NCBI GenBank assembly: GCA_001001555.1
Contig: LCKS01000001.1
Location: 82,066-146,065 of the forward strand
DNA length: 64,000 bases
Direction of reading: 5' to 3'
Source of the DNA: Candidatus Amesbacteria bacterium GW2011_GWC2_45_19
GTDB lineage: Bacteria; Patescibacteriota; Microgenomatia; CAZETR01; Amesbacteraceae
Shown here: positions 45,246 through 55,672 of the stretch, piece after piece
Numbering within the stretch: position 1 is the first letter of the stretch
How the letters are laid out: the number at the start of each line of letters is the position of its first letter
The notes under the pieces: model-generated
Told to the model about the DNA's origin: nothing
The model's database searches: none
Seen by the model: only the letters and a program-made list of their open reading frames with translations
Program-made: the position numbers and the translations under genes

Positions 45246-46014
45246 GATAAGAATCGGTGTTATACCTGCCGCTGGTTCCGGAAAACGGTTGGGCTACCTT
45301 TCTTCACTCCTTCCCAAGACACTTTTTCCTCTTTATGACCGTCCAATAATTCACTATGTAGTTGATCAAATGCAAAGTATTGGTATAGAGGACATATATA
45401 TCATTGTCAATATTTACAAAGAAAAAATAATTGAGTATTTCAAATTTGTCCAAATGGATTTGCGGGCTAATATCTACTTCATTGAACAAAAAACCTTAAA
45501 CGGTAATGGTGAGGCAATTCTTTTAGCTGAGCAATACACCAAAAAGGAACCTTTCATGGTCATATATGGCGATGATTGTACAGTGTCTGAATCATTGGAC
45601 GGCATGATTCAAAATTTTTTAAAATCGACGGCAATTGTCATGGAAGGTGTAGTGAAAGAGGAAGACTTGGCAATTCTTAGACAAACTTGTTCGGTCAAGT
45701 TGGCAAAAAACGGCCGCATGATAGAGATTATCGAAAAGCCTGAAAACCCGCCGCACATGTTCCGTGGTTGCGGGGTATATTTATTCCGCCCGGAAGTATT
45801 TAGTCATATTCGAAACACGCCAATACACCCAATCCGTCAAGAACGGGAAATCACATACACCATTGATCGATTGGCAAAACTTGGTAAAGCCTACGGACAC
45901 TTAATTAATGGCAGTAATGTAAATATTAATGATTATGATGAATTAATTAAAGCTAGCCAGATGTTAAAAGACCACAAAAAGGCGTCTAAAAAATTGGTTG
46001 AGGTTTTGTTTTAA
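45235..46014 (+). CDS. Sugar-1-phosphate nucleotidyltransferase (RmlA/GalU-like)
   Basis: IPAAGSGKRL...PK, YGDD, IEKP, REIT. Confidence 0.85.
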   Translation: MQNKIRIGVIPAAGSGKRLGYLSSLLPKTLFPLYDRPIIHYVVDQMQSIGIEDIYIIVNIYKEKIIEYFKFVQMDLRANIYFIEQKTLNGNGEAILLAEQYTKKEPFMVIYGDDCTVSESLDGMIQNFLKSTAIVMEGVVKEEDLAILRQTCSVKLAKNGRMIEIIEKPENPPHMFRGCGVYLFRPEVFSHIRNTPIHPIRQEREITYTIDRLAKLGKAYGHLINGSNVNINDYDELIKASQMLKDHKKASKKLVEVLF

Positions 46015-46043
46015 CTTCAGCCAAACACTGTATAATCACTATA

Positions 46044-47027
46044 GTGAAGTGTCTCGTTACTGGCCAATCAGGCCTAATCGGCTCTCATCTAGTAGACTTG
46101 CTATTAAAAAACGGACATGAGGTATATGGAATTTCCAGAACCAACAGAAATAAGATCCCGGGAAGCCGTAACTTTTGTTTAGATCTTAGAGATACAAAAA
46201 AGGCGAGAGAAACTATTGAATTAATTGCTCCGGAAGTGGTATTTGCATTGGCAGCTAATGCTGCAGAGGGTAAATCTTTTTTTTCACCCATCGAGATTTC
46301 TACCAGCTGCATAGATACTTTCTTTAATACTCTAGTTCCCTCCATTAGAACTAGAAAGCTTAAACGTTTTGTATTCACTTCAAGTATTGCCGTTTATGGT
46401 TCCATCCCCACTCCGTTTAAAGAGTCTAACAATCCACAGCCAAAGGATATTTATGGGATTAGCAAACTTACAGCCGAGAAAGCCCTTAAGGTTATGAGTC
46501 AGGTGTATGGGTTCGAATATGTAATTGTCAGGCCTCACAATGTCTTCGGTCCCAGACAAAACATGTCTGATCCATATCGAAATGTCGTCACACTTTTTAT
46601 GAACCAAATTTTAAAAAATGAACCTTATGTTATATATGGCAACGGGGAAATGAAGAGATGTTTTTCTTACATTGACGAAGTGGTTGAAATAATTCATCGT
46701 TGTGGATTTGAGGATGTAGCGGGAATGATATTTAATGTGGGCTCTAATCTTAGTTGGTCTATCAACGAGTTATCAGCGGCGATACAGAAAATAACAAGAT
46801 CTAAAGTTAAGCCAACTTACTTGCCCGAAAGAGTGAACGAAGTTCAACAGGCTATTTCCGATCACTCTCTGCTAGAGCGAGTATTCGGTTACAATGACAC
46901 TCCTTTAGAGGTAGCCCTTAGGAGAACCTGGAAATGGGCTAAAGCTCAGGGGCCTCAGAAATACAAGTTTACAAGACTCGAATTGTCCCATCCACACGTA
47001 CCCAAGAATTGGAAATCGAGGGCATAA
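46044..47027 (+). CDS. NAD-dependent epimerase/dehydratase
   Basis: TGQSGLIGS, SSIAVYG, YGISK, RPHNVFGP. Confidence 0.88.
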   Translation: MKCLVTGQSGLIGSHLVDLLLKNGHEVYGISRTNRNKIPGSRNFCLDLRDTKKARETIELIAPEVVFALAANAAEGKSFFSPIEISTSCIDTFFNTLVPSIRTRKLKRFVFTSSIAVYGSIPTPFKESNNPQPKDIYGISKLTAEKALKVMSQVYGFEYVIVRPHNVFGPRQNMSDPYRNVVTLFMNQILKNEPYVIYGNGEMKRCFSYIDEVVEIIHRCGFEDVAGMIFNVGSNLSWSINELSAAIQKITRSKVKPTYLPERVNEVQQAISDHSLLERVFGYNDTPLEVALRRTWKWAKAQGPQKYKFTRLELSHPHVPKNWKSRA

Positions 47028-47029
47028 AA

Positions 47030-48421
47030 CTAATTTGATTGGTATTTCTTGTTTATTGCTAAGTATACGTATTGATAGGCAAAATGCTGGGTAAGTAGTC
47101 TAGCCAGTACTATGCCGATACTCGTAAAAAACGGAGCGGGGGTAACTTGTTTAGAAATAATAGAATACTTTGATCTATTGATTAACTCTTGGGAAGATTT
47201 ATCTGTAAAAAAATGTAAATGGGTGGAATCAAAAGGACCGCGGGTGAACTTATGTCTTGGAAAAAGAAAACGCAGTATTCGAGCAGGTAAATAATTAGAA
47301 TTAGGTAAGGAAACTATTAAGTATTTAGAGTTAATTTGATTTATTACTGTCTCCGGCTTGTTTAAATGTTCAAGAACATCTGCGGCCACAGTGACTTCTG
47401 AAGATGTCTTTGGAAGAGGTTTATTTAAGCTTCGCCAATAGACAGTCGAATAACGGTTAATGGCTGCAAATCTTTTCCAACTATGGCTTTTTTCTATACC
47501 GATGAGATCTCCTTGCCAAGTCGGACCTAGTGCAGAAGCTAAGAATCCTCCAGCACAGCCTAAATCAAGAACTGTACGAAAGTTGCATTTTTTAATTAGA
47601 GAAGCAATAAGCATATGACTGGAGTTAGAGTGATGCTTAAAGCTGTAAGGGGAGACAGAATAAATTGAATCTTTAATGAGTCCTAACTGAGATAATTGAT
47701 ATTTAAGTACTGCATTGAGACAGCTTAAACCGTAGGAGAACACCTTGACTCCGCTTTTGCTGCCTGGTCCGTAATAAGTGGGAATGGGCACTTCAATTAT
47801 TCGATATCCCAGATGATTGAGAAATATTATCATTTCTGTGTCAAAGTGGTATGAATTTGACAGTTTAGACAGGGGAATTGCTTTAAAGACGTTAGTATTA
47901 TATGCACGATATCCCGAGTGGAATTCGGAAAAATTTGTACCTAGAATTATGTTTTCCAAATGAGTTAGTATTTTGTTACCAATAAATTTGTAATAAGGCA
48001 TACCACCTTCCAAGGGCCTGCCTAGCATTCTGGAACCCATTACTACACCTATTTGCCTCCAATCCTGTTCTTCGAAGGGTTTTAAAAGCAATGGCATTTT
48101 TTCAGGTGAGTATTGGACATCGCCATGCAGCATAACTACAACGTCGAGTTTTTGGGTTATGGCATAGCGGTATCCACGTTTTTGATTTCCACCGTAGCCT
48201 AAATTTCGGGGATTTCTAAATACTCGAAACTTTTCAATTCTTCGAAGTAACTTGTAACCCATGGCTGCAAAATAAGTATTGTCCCCGGAGTGATCATCAA
48301 GACAGTAAATGGTGGAAGCACCCCTTTTAATTTTTACCGGAATGCGTTCGTATGCCGCAATAAGGGTAGACGCAACATTGTAGGCAAGAATGAAAATTCC
48401 GTAGCGTAACTTGTTCTTCAT
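47030..48421 (-). CDS. GT2 (polyprenol-phosphate type) fused to a class I SAM methyltransferase
   Basis: NLGYGGNQK, HGDVQY, EFHSGYRAY, then VLDLGCAGG, DVLEHL, THLHFFT. Start set at the ATGA overlap. Confidence 0.85.
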   Translation of the reverse strand: MKNKLRYGIFILAYNVASTLIAAYERIPVKIKRGASTIYCLDDHSGDNTYFAAMGYKLLRRIEKFRVFRNPRNLGYGGNQKRGYRYAITQKLDVVVMLHGDVQYSPEKMPLLLKPFEEQDWRQIGVVMGSRMLGRPLEGGMPYYKFIGNKILTHLENIILGTNFSEFHSGYRAYNTNVFKAIPLSKLSNSYHFDTEMIIFLNHLGYRIIEVPIPTYYGPGSKSGVKVFSYGLSCLNAVLKYQLSQLGLIKDSIYSVSPYSFKHHSNSSHMLIASLIKKCNFRTVLDLGCAGGFLASALGPTWQGDLIGIEKSHSWKRFAAINRYSTVYWRSLNKPLPKTSSEVTVAADVLEHLNKPETVINQINSKYLIVSLPNSNYLPARILRFLFPRHKFTRGPFDSTHLHFFTDKSSQELINRSKYSIISKQVTPAPFFTSIGIVLARLLTQHFAYQYVYLAINKKYQSN

Positions 48422-49962
48422 ATTTGTTCTAAGCATTTAGACACCTTCTCTCTGAAAGCCATCGTTTCGTTGGAAATTGTACCATTAAAATCTACCGACC
48501 AGGCATAAATGTTGGTTTTCAAAATGGGTTTCCCTTTTTGGTTATCGGGAGCCGCATATTTAAAGGTAATTTCTTCTCTTTTATTGTTGGGAGCGCAGAT
48601 CCATTCTGCAGCAGCATCCCAATTCGAAAACACCGTAGGAAACATTGCAGAATCCCGTAGACCCTTGAAATAAGCATAAGCATAGGGGAACCAGCCAGAC
48701 ACTAAGTTGCTCCTAGATGTATGAATAACCAAAGCGCGGGGTAGTGAATCAACGGTGGTATCGTTCACAATTTTTTGATAGATTGGTTTTACAAGATTAG
48801 CATTTCTTAACGAGCTTTCAATGCTCAATACATACGTAGAGTATTTTAAAAACATTATGAGCAATGGGACAAACACTAGTATCTGCTTCAACTTAGATAA
48901 CTTTGACAAAAGAAGTCCAATCATAAGAAGCACTCCAATACCTATGCCGGCCATATATCTGTGGGAGGATCCGACCATTGTGCTCGGTCCACCGCTAGCA
49001 TACATCCAGTTAGGAATAAACATAAAGGCCATCCACAAAAAGATGGTGGCCGTGGATTGCCAGAACTTTGAGCGGGTAACCAGAAAGACAATAGTTACAA
49101 CTACTGTAGTAATAAAAAAAACCTTTCCAATAAGTAGACTTAGGAAGGAGATTCTTCCTACTAATCCTCCTTCCTCGGCTAATGGGAAAATAGGAATTCG
49201 TAGCAGGTTACCAATATTACTAAATAAGATGTCTAGGTGTGAGTAACTTTCTGAGAGAACATGGGAATAAGAAAATCCAGAGGTGTTAACAGCTGGATCT
49301 CGAATGATAATTATTAGTATTACAATTACGAGTACTAAAAATCCGAAATACTTGGCTAAAAATTTACTTGGACGAAGATAGAAGTGGAAAAACGTGGAGA
49401 TAGCCAGTAGTGGGAATATTCCTATTACCCGTCCAAAAAAAGAAAATAAACTCATTATTGCAGAAATACAAATGCCTAAGAAGTAAAGTGGTCTCTTAGT
49501 TTTTAGAAATAAATTATGGAATGCAAATGCTAGTAGTGAAAAGAATACCGCAAGACCTGTAATTCTATGCCAGGTATACACTTCTACACCTCCGCTGTAA
49601 CCCGCGTACAATAAAGAAGATAGAATCGAGGAGGTTTTATTTTTAGTAAAAGTGTACACCAGTAGCAAGACGGCGGCGCTATTAAGAAATTTTAGATAAA
49701 TTCCGGTAGATTGAAACTGCTCAAAGGAAATTTTGTCGTATAAGCGAGTGTAAGGGAGCATGAAGAGGCCCGTTTTTACTTGCCAACCATCTGGAGTACC
49801 TCCAATTTCTCTATATACTGCCGCCGGATTTAACTTATTGGCCCACATAAAAATCCAGTCGTCCTTCCAATAATAGAAATTCTTTACATTTGGTAAACTG
49901 ATATAGCTAATTAACAGCAGCAAACCAGAAGTAATTATTACGCGACTATTTACTTTCAGCAT
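48418..49962 (-). CDS. Multi-pass membrane protein, probable GT-C
   Basis: WKDDW acidic loop after TM1, many TM helices, HRY motif, soluble C-terminus. Confidence 0.6.
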   Translation of the reverse strand: MLKVNSRVIITSGLLLLISYISLPNVKNFYYWKDDWIFMWANKLNPAAVYREIGGTPDGWQVKTGLFMLPYTRLYDKISFEQFQSTGIYLKFLNSAAVLLLVYTFTKNKTSSILSSLLYAGYSGGVEVYTWHRITGLAVFFSLLAFAFHNLFLKTKRPLYFLGICISAIMSLFSFFGRVIGIFPLLAISTFFHFYLRPSKFLAKYFGFLVLVIVILIIIIRDPAVNTSGFSYSHVLSESYSHLDILFSNIGNLLRIPIFPLAEEGGLVGRISFLSLLIGKVFFITTVVVTIVFLVTRSKFWQSTATIFLWMAFMFIPNWMYASGGPSTMVGSSHRYMAGIGIGVLLMIGLLLSKLSKLKQILVFVPLLIMFLKYSTYVLSIESSLRNANLVKPIYQKIVNDTTVDSLPRALVIHTSRSNLVSGWFPYAYAYFKGLRDSAMFPTVFSNWDAAAEWICAPNNKREEITFKYAAPDNQKGKPILKTNIYAWSVDFNGTISNETMAFREKVSKCLEQI

Positions 49963-51715
49963 ACTTGATTCTTTTTAGTAACTCTCTCTTCTCATCTGTA
50001 ATATCATATAGGGTTTTATTTTCAAGTTTATATGCATAAATATTTTCCAACTCCACAGGTCCATAAGGCCCGGGCATGAACCTTTTTAATGATTCGCCGT
50101 CCTGATAGGCCGAGACTACTTCTTGCCAATTTTCAGTGGGGGCAACGTTGTACCAGGGACCGGAGATATTAAACTGATAGTGAGATATTACCGGCCAGCC
50201 GAATATAAACGAGTGGTATATAACTTCAGGATTATCTCCTTCAAAATAAAACACCAGTGGAATGTTGGGTTTACCAAAGTTTTTAGGCGGCTTAACTGAA
50301 TTTCTTATTCTGGTAGTTAACTCAATCCCCCTCACTTCGGATAAGTGATACAAGTATTTGTAACTGACCTTGGCGTGTAAGCTAAACATAAATCCAAACG
50401 AGAGAATTAAGATAATCTTGCTTCTAAATTTGGTCTTTACGGCTAGAAGCATAGCCATAAGCCAGGCTAAACCGGCACCTGATACAATCAAGTATCGTCC
50501 AGTGATCTCATATAATTGACCCGGATATCTAATCCAAAAGAGAATGAAACCGCTGACAAGCATGAGTATGGATAACACCAGCCCGAGGCGCAGAGATGGC
50601 TGGGTTTTAGCGTTGAGCCACAATAAGCCTAAACCTATCAGAATATAACCGCCCAGTAGGTAAGTTAGTAATTCAAATGGTTGGAGAGCACTATTAGACG
50701 GCGGCATGAATGTTTGCCAGATAAACGCAGTCCAACCAGCTGCCAATATGAGGGCCGCTACTAGTTGACGCTGGCGGGTCTTAAAAATAACTAAAGCTAG
50801 CCCAAATAGAACAAATGTCGGTCCGACTACCCGGCGAAAGGTTCTAGGTAATCCCCATACCTCTATTCGCTGGTACATAAAATCGTTGGGGAGAATTATG
50901 GAACCGATTTGGCTCACTGGAGACACCAGTATTTTATAGTTTTTGTCGTTAATTAGCTGGATTACCTGTTGGAAATTTTGGGACAGAGCTTTACTGCCGC
51001 GTAAACTTACCGCTCCACCATAGTTGGTGTACTTTAAAATTGTCATTAGCAAAAATATATATAAGCTTATTCTCAGTAGTCCCAGCCCAACATTTTTTAA
51101 GTTAAAGTTGGTAATTAACCAATATATTTCTAGCCCAACTATCAGAATAGGTAGGAACATAGTCCTGACAGGTTGAGATATGATAGCCAAGACAAATAAG
51201 GCCGCTGATGCAATCCAAATTAATAAGTGATTTTTCGTTCGAGCCAAAATAAAACAGCCCAAAAAGGTATTAGCTAAGGCGATAGCTATATATGAGGGCA
51301 TGTTAAATGACCAGTCGGTGGCTTCTAACCCGGTAGTTGTCACCGCAAAAAAGGCAGCCGCTCCGATACTGGCCCATTTGTTTTTGGTTAAGGTGTATAC
51401 CGGCCACAAAAAGGATAAAGCCGCTAAGAATCTCAGCGCGAAAGAGAAAATGTAGTAAACTTGATGATTAAATCCAAAATAGTGGTGGATAACGGCCGTT
51501 AGCATATCCATCGGACCGTAATCGGTGAAGAAGTAGGACCAGTTACTTAACGTTTCACCTCCCCAGCCATTATGATAAAACTGATACCGCCATAGTCCCA
51601 AATAATCATCCCCGGTCAAAGCTAAATTAAAACTGGGAAACAGGGTAATAAAATATATACCGAATAATAACAAAATTCCCACAATCCAAAATTTATGCGT
51701 TTTCATAAACATCAT
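49946..51715 (-). CDS. Multi-pass membrane protein, probable GT-C (paralog of the neighbouring gene)
   Basis: TGDDY loop, many TM helices, GRY. The exact start among the ATGs at 51706-51718 is uncertain. Confidence 0.6.
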   Translation of the reverse strand: MMFMKTHKFWIVGILLLFGIYFITLFPSFNLALTGDDYLGLWRYQFYHNGWGGETLSNWSYFFTDYGPMDMLTAVIHHYFGFNHQVYYIFSFALRFLAALSFLWPVYTLTKNKWASIGAAAFFAVTTTGLEATDWSFNMPSYIAIALANTFLGCFILARTKNHLLIWIASAALFVLAIISQPVRTMFLPILIVGLEIYWLITNFNLKNVGLGLLRISLYIFLLMTILKYTNYGGAVSLRGSKALSQNFQQVIQLINDKNYKILVSPVSQIGSIILPNDFMYQRIEVWGLPRTFRRVVGPTFVLFGLALVIFKTRQRQLVAALILAAGWTAFIWQTFMPPSNSALQPFELLTYLLGGYILIGLGLLWLNAKTQPSLRLGLVLSILMLVSGFILFWIRYPGQLYEITGRYLIVSGAGLAWLMAMLLAVKTKFRSKIILILSFGFMFSLHAKVSYKYLYHLSEVRGIELTTRIRNSVKPPKNFGKPNIPLVFYFEGDNPEVIYHSFIFGWPVISHYQFNISGPWYNVAPTENWQEVVSAYQDGESLKRFMPGPYGPVELENIYAYKLENKTLYDITDEKRELLKRIKYAESK

Positions 51716-51735
51716 CATTATAATATAATCTCTTC

Positions 51736-52569
51736 ATGGCTAAACCACTGGTGTCAATCATTATTCCGGCATATAACGAGGAAAAAGTTATTGAATGCTT
51801 ACTTGCGTCTATCAATAATCAGTCTTATCCCAGAATTGAAAGTATAGTAATCGACGATAGTTCCACGGACGGAACTTTTAAAACAGCCTCCCGGATGGCC
51901 ACCGTAGCCATTAAGAGAAAACATGCAGAGAGAAGCATTCAAAGAAACTTTGGAGCCTCCAAAGCTCACGGACAATATCTGATATTTTTAGATGCTGATA
52001 TGGAACTCACATCTGACGTTGTTTCGGAATGTGTGCAAACTATTCAAAAAGATTCCACTATTGGGGCCATAGCAATTCCTGAATTACCAATAGCTACAAA
52101 TCATTTAGAAAAAATAAAAGCCTTTGAAAGGTCTTTTTATAGTGACTTTGGAGATCCGGATACAGACGCTGCTAGATTTTTTCCCAAAAAAATATTCGAC
52201 CAAATAGGTGGTTACGACACTAGTTTAACTGGGCCGGAAGATTGGGATTTGCCTGAAAATGTTGTCCGTAAAGGTTATAAAGTGGGGCGGATTTCTTCCC
52301 GAATTAAACATTATGAGAGAATAAGATCAATTCTGCACTTACTTAAAAAGAAATATTATTATGGCATCTCTTCACACCGTTATTTTAAAAAACACAAGCT
52401 TTCTCTCATTGGTCCTAAAACTATTTACTTTTTACGCCCCATTTTTTATAAAAACTGGCAAAGGCTTGTGCAAAACCCGGGACTAACAGTAGGCATGATT
52501 GTAGTTTTGACTCTTGAGCAGTTTTTTGGAGGACTTGGTTATTTGGTTGGCCGAATCACAAAAGCATGA
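51736..52569 (+). CDS. GT2 glycosyltransferase
   Basis: VSIIIPAYNE, RNFG, FLDAD, GGYD..GPEDWD. Confidence 0.88.
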   Translation: MAKPLVSIIIPAYNEEKVIECLLASINNQSYPRIESIVIDDSSTDGTFKTASRMATVAIKRKHAERSIQRNFGASKAHGQYLIFLDADMELTSDVVSECVQTIQKDSTIGAIAIPELPIATNHLEKIKAFERSFYSDFGDPDTDAARFFPKKIFDQIGGYDTSLTGPEDWDLPENVVRKGYKVGRISSRIKHYERIRSILHLLKKKYYYGISSHRYFKKHKLSLIGPKTIYFLRPIFYKNWQRLVQNPGLTVGMIVVLTLEQFFGGLGYLVGRITKA

Positions 52570-53675
52570 AAATACTTCAACTAACATCTCATTACTATCC
52601 AAATTTAGGAGGAGTGGAAACCCATCTTCAAGATTTAATCAGAGAGTTAATTAAAATGAAACATCAAGTATTTGTCCTCACATACCGACCTCTATCCACC
52701 AATTCTCCATGGTCAATTTGGGAGACCTCCCAATTCTTAAAGGTGTTTCGTATCCCATGGTTTCCCGGGCTATTTAACAAACTATCTCCCTATCCAGTTT
52801 TAGAATTTCTATACCTAGCACCTGGACTATTCATTGCCCTTCCCTTGCTATTGATTATTTCAAGACCCCAGGTAATTCACTCTCATGGACTAGTTGCTGC
52901 ATTTGCAGGGGTAATTTGGGGCAGATTATTTGGTATTCGGGTGATCGTTTCTACCCATTCAATTTACCATTTTCCTTCCAGTGGTCTTTATAGATGGTTA
53001 GCCAGAGTTATTTTTGAATCTGCCGATTACAACCTGTGCTTGTCAAACCAATCTGCAAGTGAACTAATTAAGCAAGGTGTATCACCTCAAAAAGTGGGCC
53101 GTTTTACTTACTGGGTGGATTTAGATAAATTCTCTCCTAAAGATAAATTATTAAGCAAAAAAGCGCTTGGTTGGTCAGGTCAATTTGTGGTTCTTTTTGT
53201 GGGCAGATTGGTCTCTGAAAAGGGGATACCGGAGCTGCTTAAAGCAGCCAAAAAGTTCAAGTCCGGAATTAATCTCAAAATAGCCGGTTCAGGTCCTCTC
53301 GAAGATCAAGTAAAAAAATTTTATATTGGCCGTATTTCCCAGGACATGCTCTCCCTCTATTACTCTGCCGCCGATCTCACAATCGTTCCCAGTACTCACG
53401 AGGAAGGTTTCGGCAGGGTTATCATCGAATCCTTGGCCTGCGGTACGCCTGTGATTGCTGCCAATCGTGGAGCAATTCCAGAAGCTATGGACAATACCGT
53501 TGGAAAATTAATTGATATCACACCAAAAAACATAATCGATACAATTAATCACTTCCTTTTACACCAGGATCGATTAACTTCCTTGTCTAAGAAAGCCAGA
53601 ACTTTTGCCGTTTCAAATTATAGTAATAACAACGCAGGTCAAATTATTTCAGCGTATGGTTTTCCAACTGGATAG
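52566..53675 (+). CDS. GT4 glycosyltransferase
   Basis: GGVE, FVGRLVSEKG, EGFGRVIIESLACG. Confidence 0.88.
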   Translation: MKILQLTSHYYPNLGGVETHLQDLIRELIKMKHQVFVLTYRPLSTNSPWSIWETSQFLKVFRIPWFPGLFNKLSPYPVLEFLYLAPGLFIALPLLLIISRPQVIHSHGLVAAFAGVIWGRLFGIRVIVSTHSIYHFPSSGLYRWLARVIFESADYNLCLSNQSASELIKQGVSPQKVGRFTYWVDLDKFSPKDKLLSKKALGWSGQFVVLFVGRLVSEKGIPELLKAAKKFKSGINLKIAGSGPLEDQVKKFYIGRISQDMLSLYYSAADLTIVPSTHEEGFGRVIIESLACGTPVIAANRGAIPEAMDNTVGKLIDITPKNIIDTINHFLLHQDRLTSLSKKARTFAVSNYSNNNAGQIISAYGFPTG

Positions 53676-53720
53676 AAAATTTGCAAAAAGTGTTAGAATA
53701 CTTATCTAGTAATTAAAATC

Positions 53721-54704
53721 ATGGCCACAAATAAAAAAATCAGGGTGACAGTAACAGGCGCCGGTGGATTCATAGGACACCACCTCGTAAAATTTCTAAA
53801 GAAAAAGGATTATTGGGTGAGAGGGGTTGATATTAAAAACCCAGAATTTGAAAAAACGGTTGCCGATGAATTTTTGTTATTAGATCTTCGTATTAAAAGA
53901 AACGCCTTAAAAGCTACTAAAAACGTTAACCAAGTATACAATCTGGCCTCCAATATGGGTGGAATCGGTTTTATAAGCAGCGTAAAAGCTCGGCTTATGA
54001 ATGACAATATTTTGATTGATACTAGCATGATTGAGGCGTCTCGACAAAATAATGTTAGCAGATTTTTTTATCCTTCATCGGCTCTGGTTTATCCGAATTT
54101 TAAAGAACCTAAAAAAAATTTAGGACTAAAAGAAAGTTATGCTTACCCTGCACTTCCTGATAGCGAGTATGGCTGGGAAAAACTATTCGCTGAAAGGCTT
54201 TGTGCTAATTATTACGAAGATTATGGATTAGAAACTCGGGTAGCCAGATTTCATAATATTTATGGTCCATTAGGAGTATACGAAGGCGGACGGGAAAAGT
54301 CGCCCGCCGCAATTTGTAGAAAAATTGCTTTAGCTAGAAACGGGGATGAAATTGAAGTTTGGGGCGATGGTAAACAAATGCGATCATATTGTTATATAGA
54401 CGACTGTATTCAAGGAATTTACAGACTTACTCTTTCTGAAATACATCAGCCTGTAAATATCGGCACTGACGATGCAGTCTCGATAAACGAATTTATTGAT
54501 ATGACTTCGGAAATTGCGGGAAAAAGAATAAAAAAACGATACGATTTGTCGAAACCGCAAGGCGTGAGATGTAGAAATTCCGACAACACACTGGTTAGAA
54601 AATTTCTCGGATGGGAGCCCAAGATTCCGCTAAAAGTCGGTATTAGGAAAAACTATGACTGGATAAAAAACGAATTAGACAAAAAAGGGATGAAAAAAAA
54701 TTAA
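53721..54704 (+). CDS. GDP-mannose 3,5-epimerase-like extended SDR
   Basis: GAGGFIG, LASNMGGIG, YGWEK, GGREKSPAAICRK, GVRCRNSDN. Confidence 0.8.
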   Translation: MATNKKIRVTVTGAGGFIGHHLVKFLKKKDYWVRGVDIKNPEFEKTVADEFLLLDLRIKRNALKATKNVNQVYNLASNMGGIGFISSVKARLMNDNILIDTSMIEASRQNNVSRFFYPSSALVYPNFKEPKKNLGLKESYAYPALPDSEYGWEKLFAERLCANYYEDYGLETRVARFHNIYGPLGVYEGGREKSPAAICRKIALARNGDEIEVWGDGKQMRSYCYIDDCIQGIYRLTLSEIHQPVNIGTDDAVSINEFIDMTSEIAGKRIKKRYDLSKPQGVRCRNSDNTLVRKFLGWEPKIPLKVGIRKNYDWIKNELDKKGMKKN

Positions 54705-55669
54705 TGAAGTATCTAAATTATTTCAAAGGAAGGAGAGTCGTTATAACTGGTGGGAACGGTTTTTTTGGAACTCACATTATTAATCACTTACGACAAATAA
54801 AGTGCGAAATTCTTGTTCCCAGAACAAAAGAAGGAATTGATTTCAGAAAACGTGAGGATTGTTTTTCCTATCTAAACATAGCTAAACCTGATTTAGTAAT
54901 CAACTGCGCAGCCAACCAAGGTGGAATAGGTTATCACGAGGGGAAACAAGCGGATTTACTTATGGATAATCTTCTAATGGGGATATATTTGATGAATGCC
55001 TCTCAACAAACGGGTGTCAAAAAATTCATCAACATTGTTGCGGGATGCTCTTATCCTGGATATGTCGAGAGTAGTGAAATGAATGAGGAAGATTATTGGA
55101 ATGGTTGGGTTCATGACAGTATATTTAGCTATGGATTTGCTAGAAAAGCCTCCACGGTGTATGGACTTGCTCTTAAAAGGCAGCATAATTTCAACTCTAT
55201 TCACCTTGTTATGGCTAATATGTATGGCCCGGGAGAACATTTTAATCCCGAGCAGAGCAAGGCTCTAGCTGGTCTTATCAGAAAAATTTACGAGGCTAAG
55301 AAAAAAAAGCTACATTTTGTCAAAGTTTGGGGGACAGGAAAACCCATTAGAGATTGGCTATATGTAAAGGACGGAGCAGAGGCTATTTTAAGAGCAGCTT
55401 CGACATATAACAACGTAGATCCATTAAACATTGCCACTGGGGTCGGCATCTCAGTTTCCGAACTTGCCGAAACGATCAAGGAAGTACTAGGTTACGAAGG
55501 CAAGCTGGTATACGACACTAGTAAGCCAGACGGAGCACTCCATAAACTGTTTGGAATTAAAAAAATGAAAAAAATTCTCAATTGGATACCTCCAACCTCG
55601 TTGAGAAAAGGGATTAAAGAAACAGTTCAATGGTTTGATAAAAATTATCAACGAGCAATTTCATATTAA
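54704..55669 (+). CDS. GDP-L-fucose synthase (Fcl/WcaG)-like epimerase/reductase
   Basis: AANQGGI, CSYP, NMYGPG, WGTGKPIRDWLYV, DTSKPDG. Confidence 0.78.
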   Translation: MKYLNYFKGRRVVITGGNGFFGTHIINHLRQIKCEILVPRTKEGIDFRKREDCFSYLNIAKPDLVINCAANQGGIGYHEGKQADLLMDNLLMGIYLMNASQQTGVKKFINIVAGCSYPGYVESSEMNEEDYWNGWVHDSIFSYGFARKASTVYGLALKRQHNFNSIHLVMANMYGPGEHFNPEQSKALAGLIRKIYEAKKKKLHFVKVWGTGKPIRDWLYVKDGAEAILRAASTYNNVDPLNIATGVGISVSELAETIKEVLGYEGKLVYDTSKPDGALHKLFGIKKMKKILNWIPPTSLRKGIKETVQWFDKNYQRAISY

Positions 55670-55672
55670 GCC

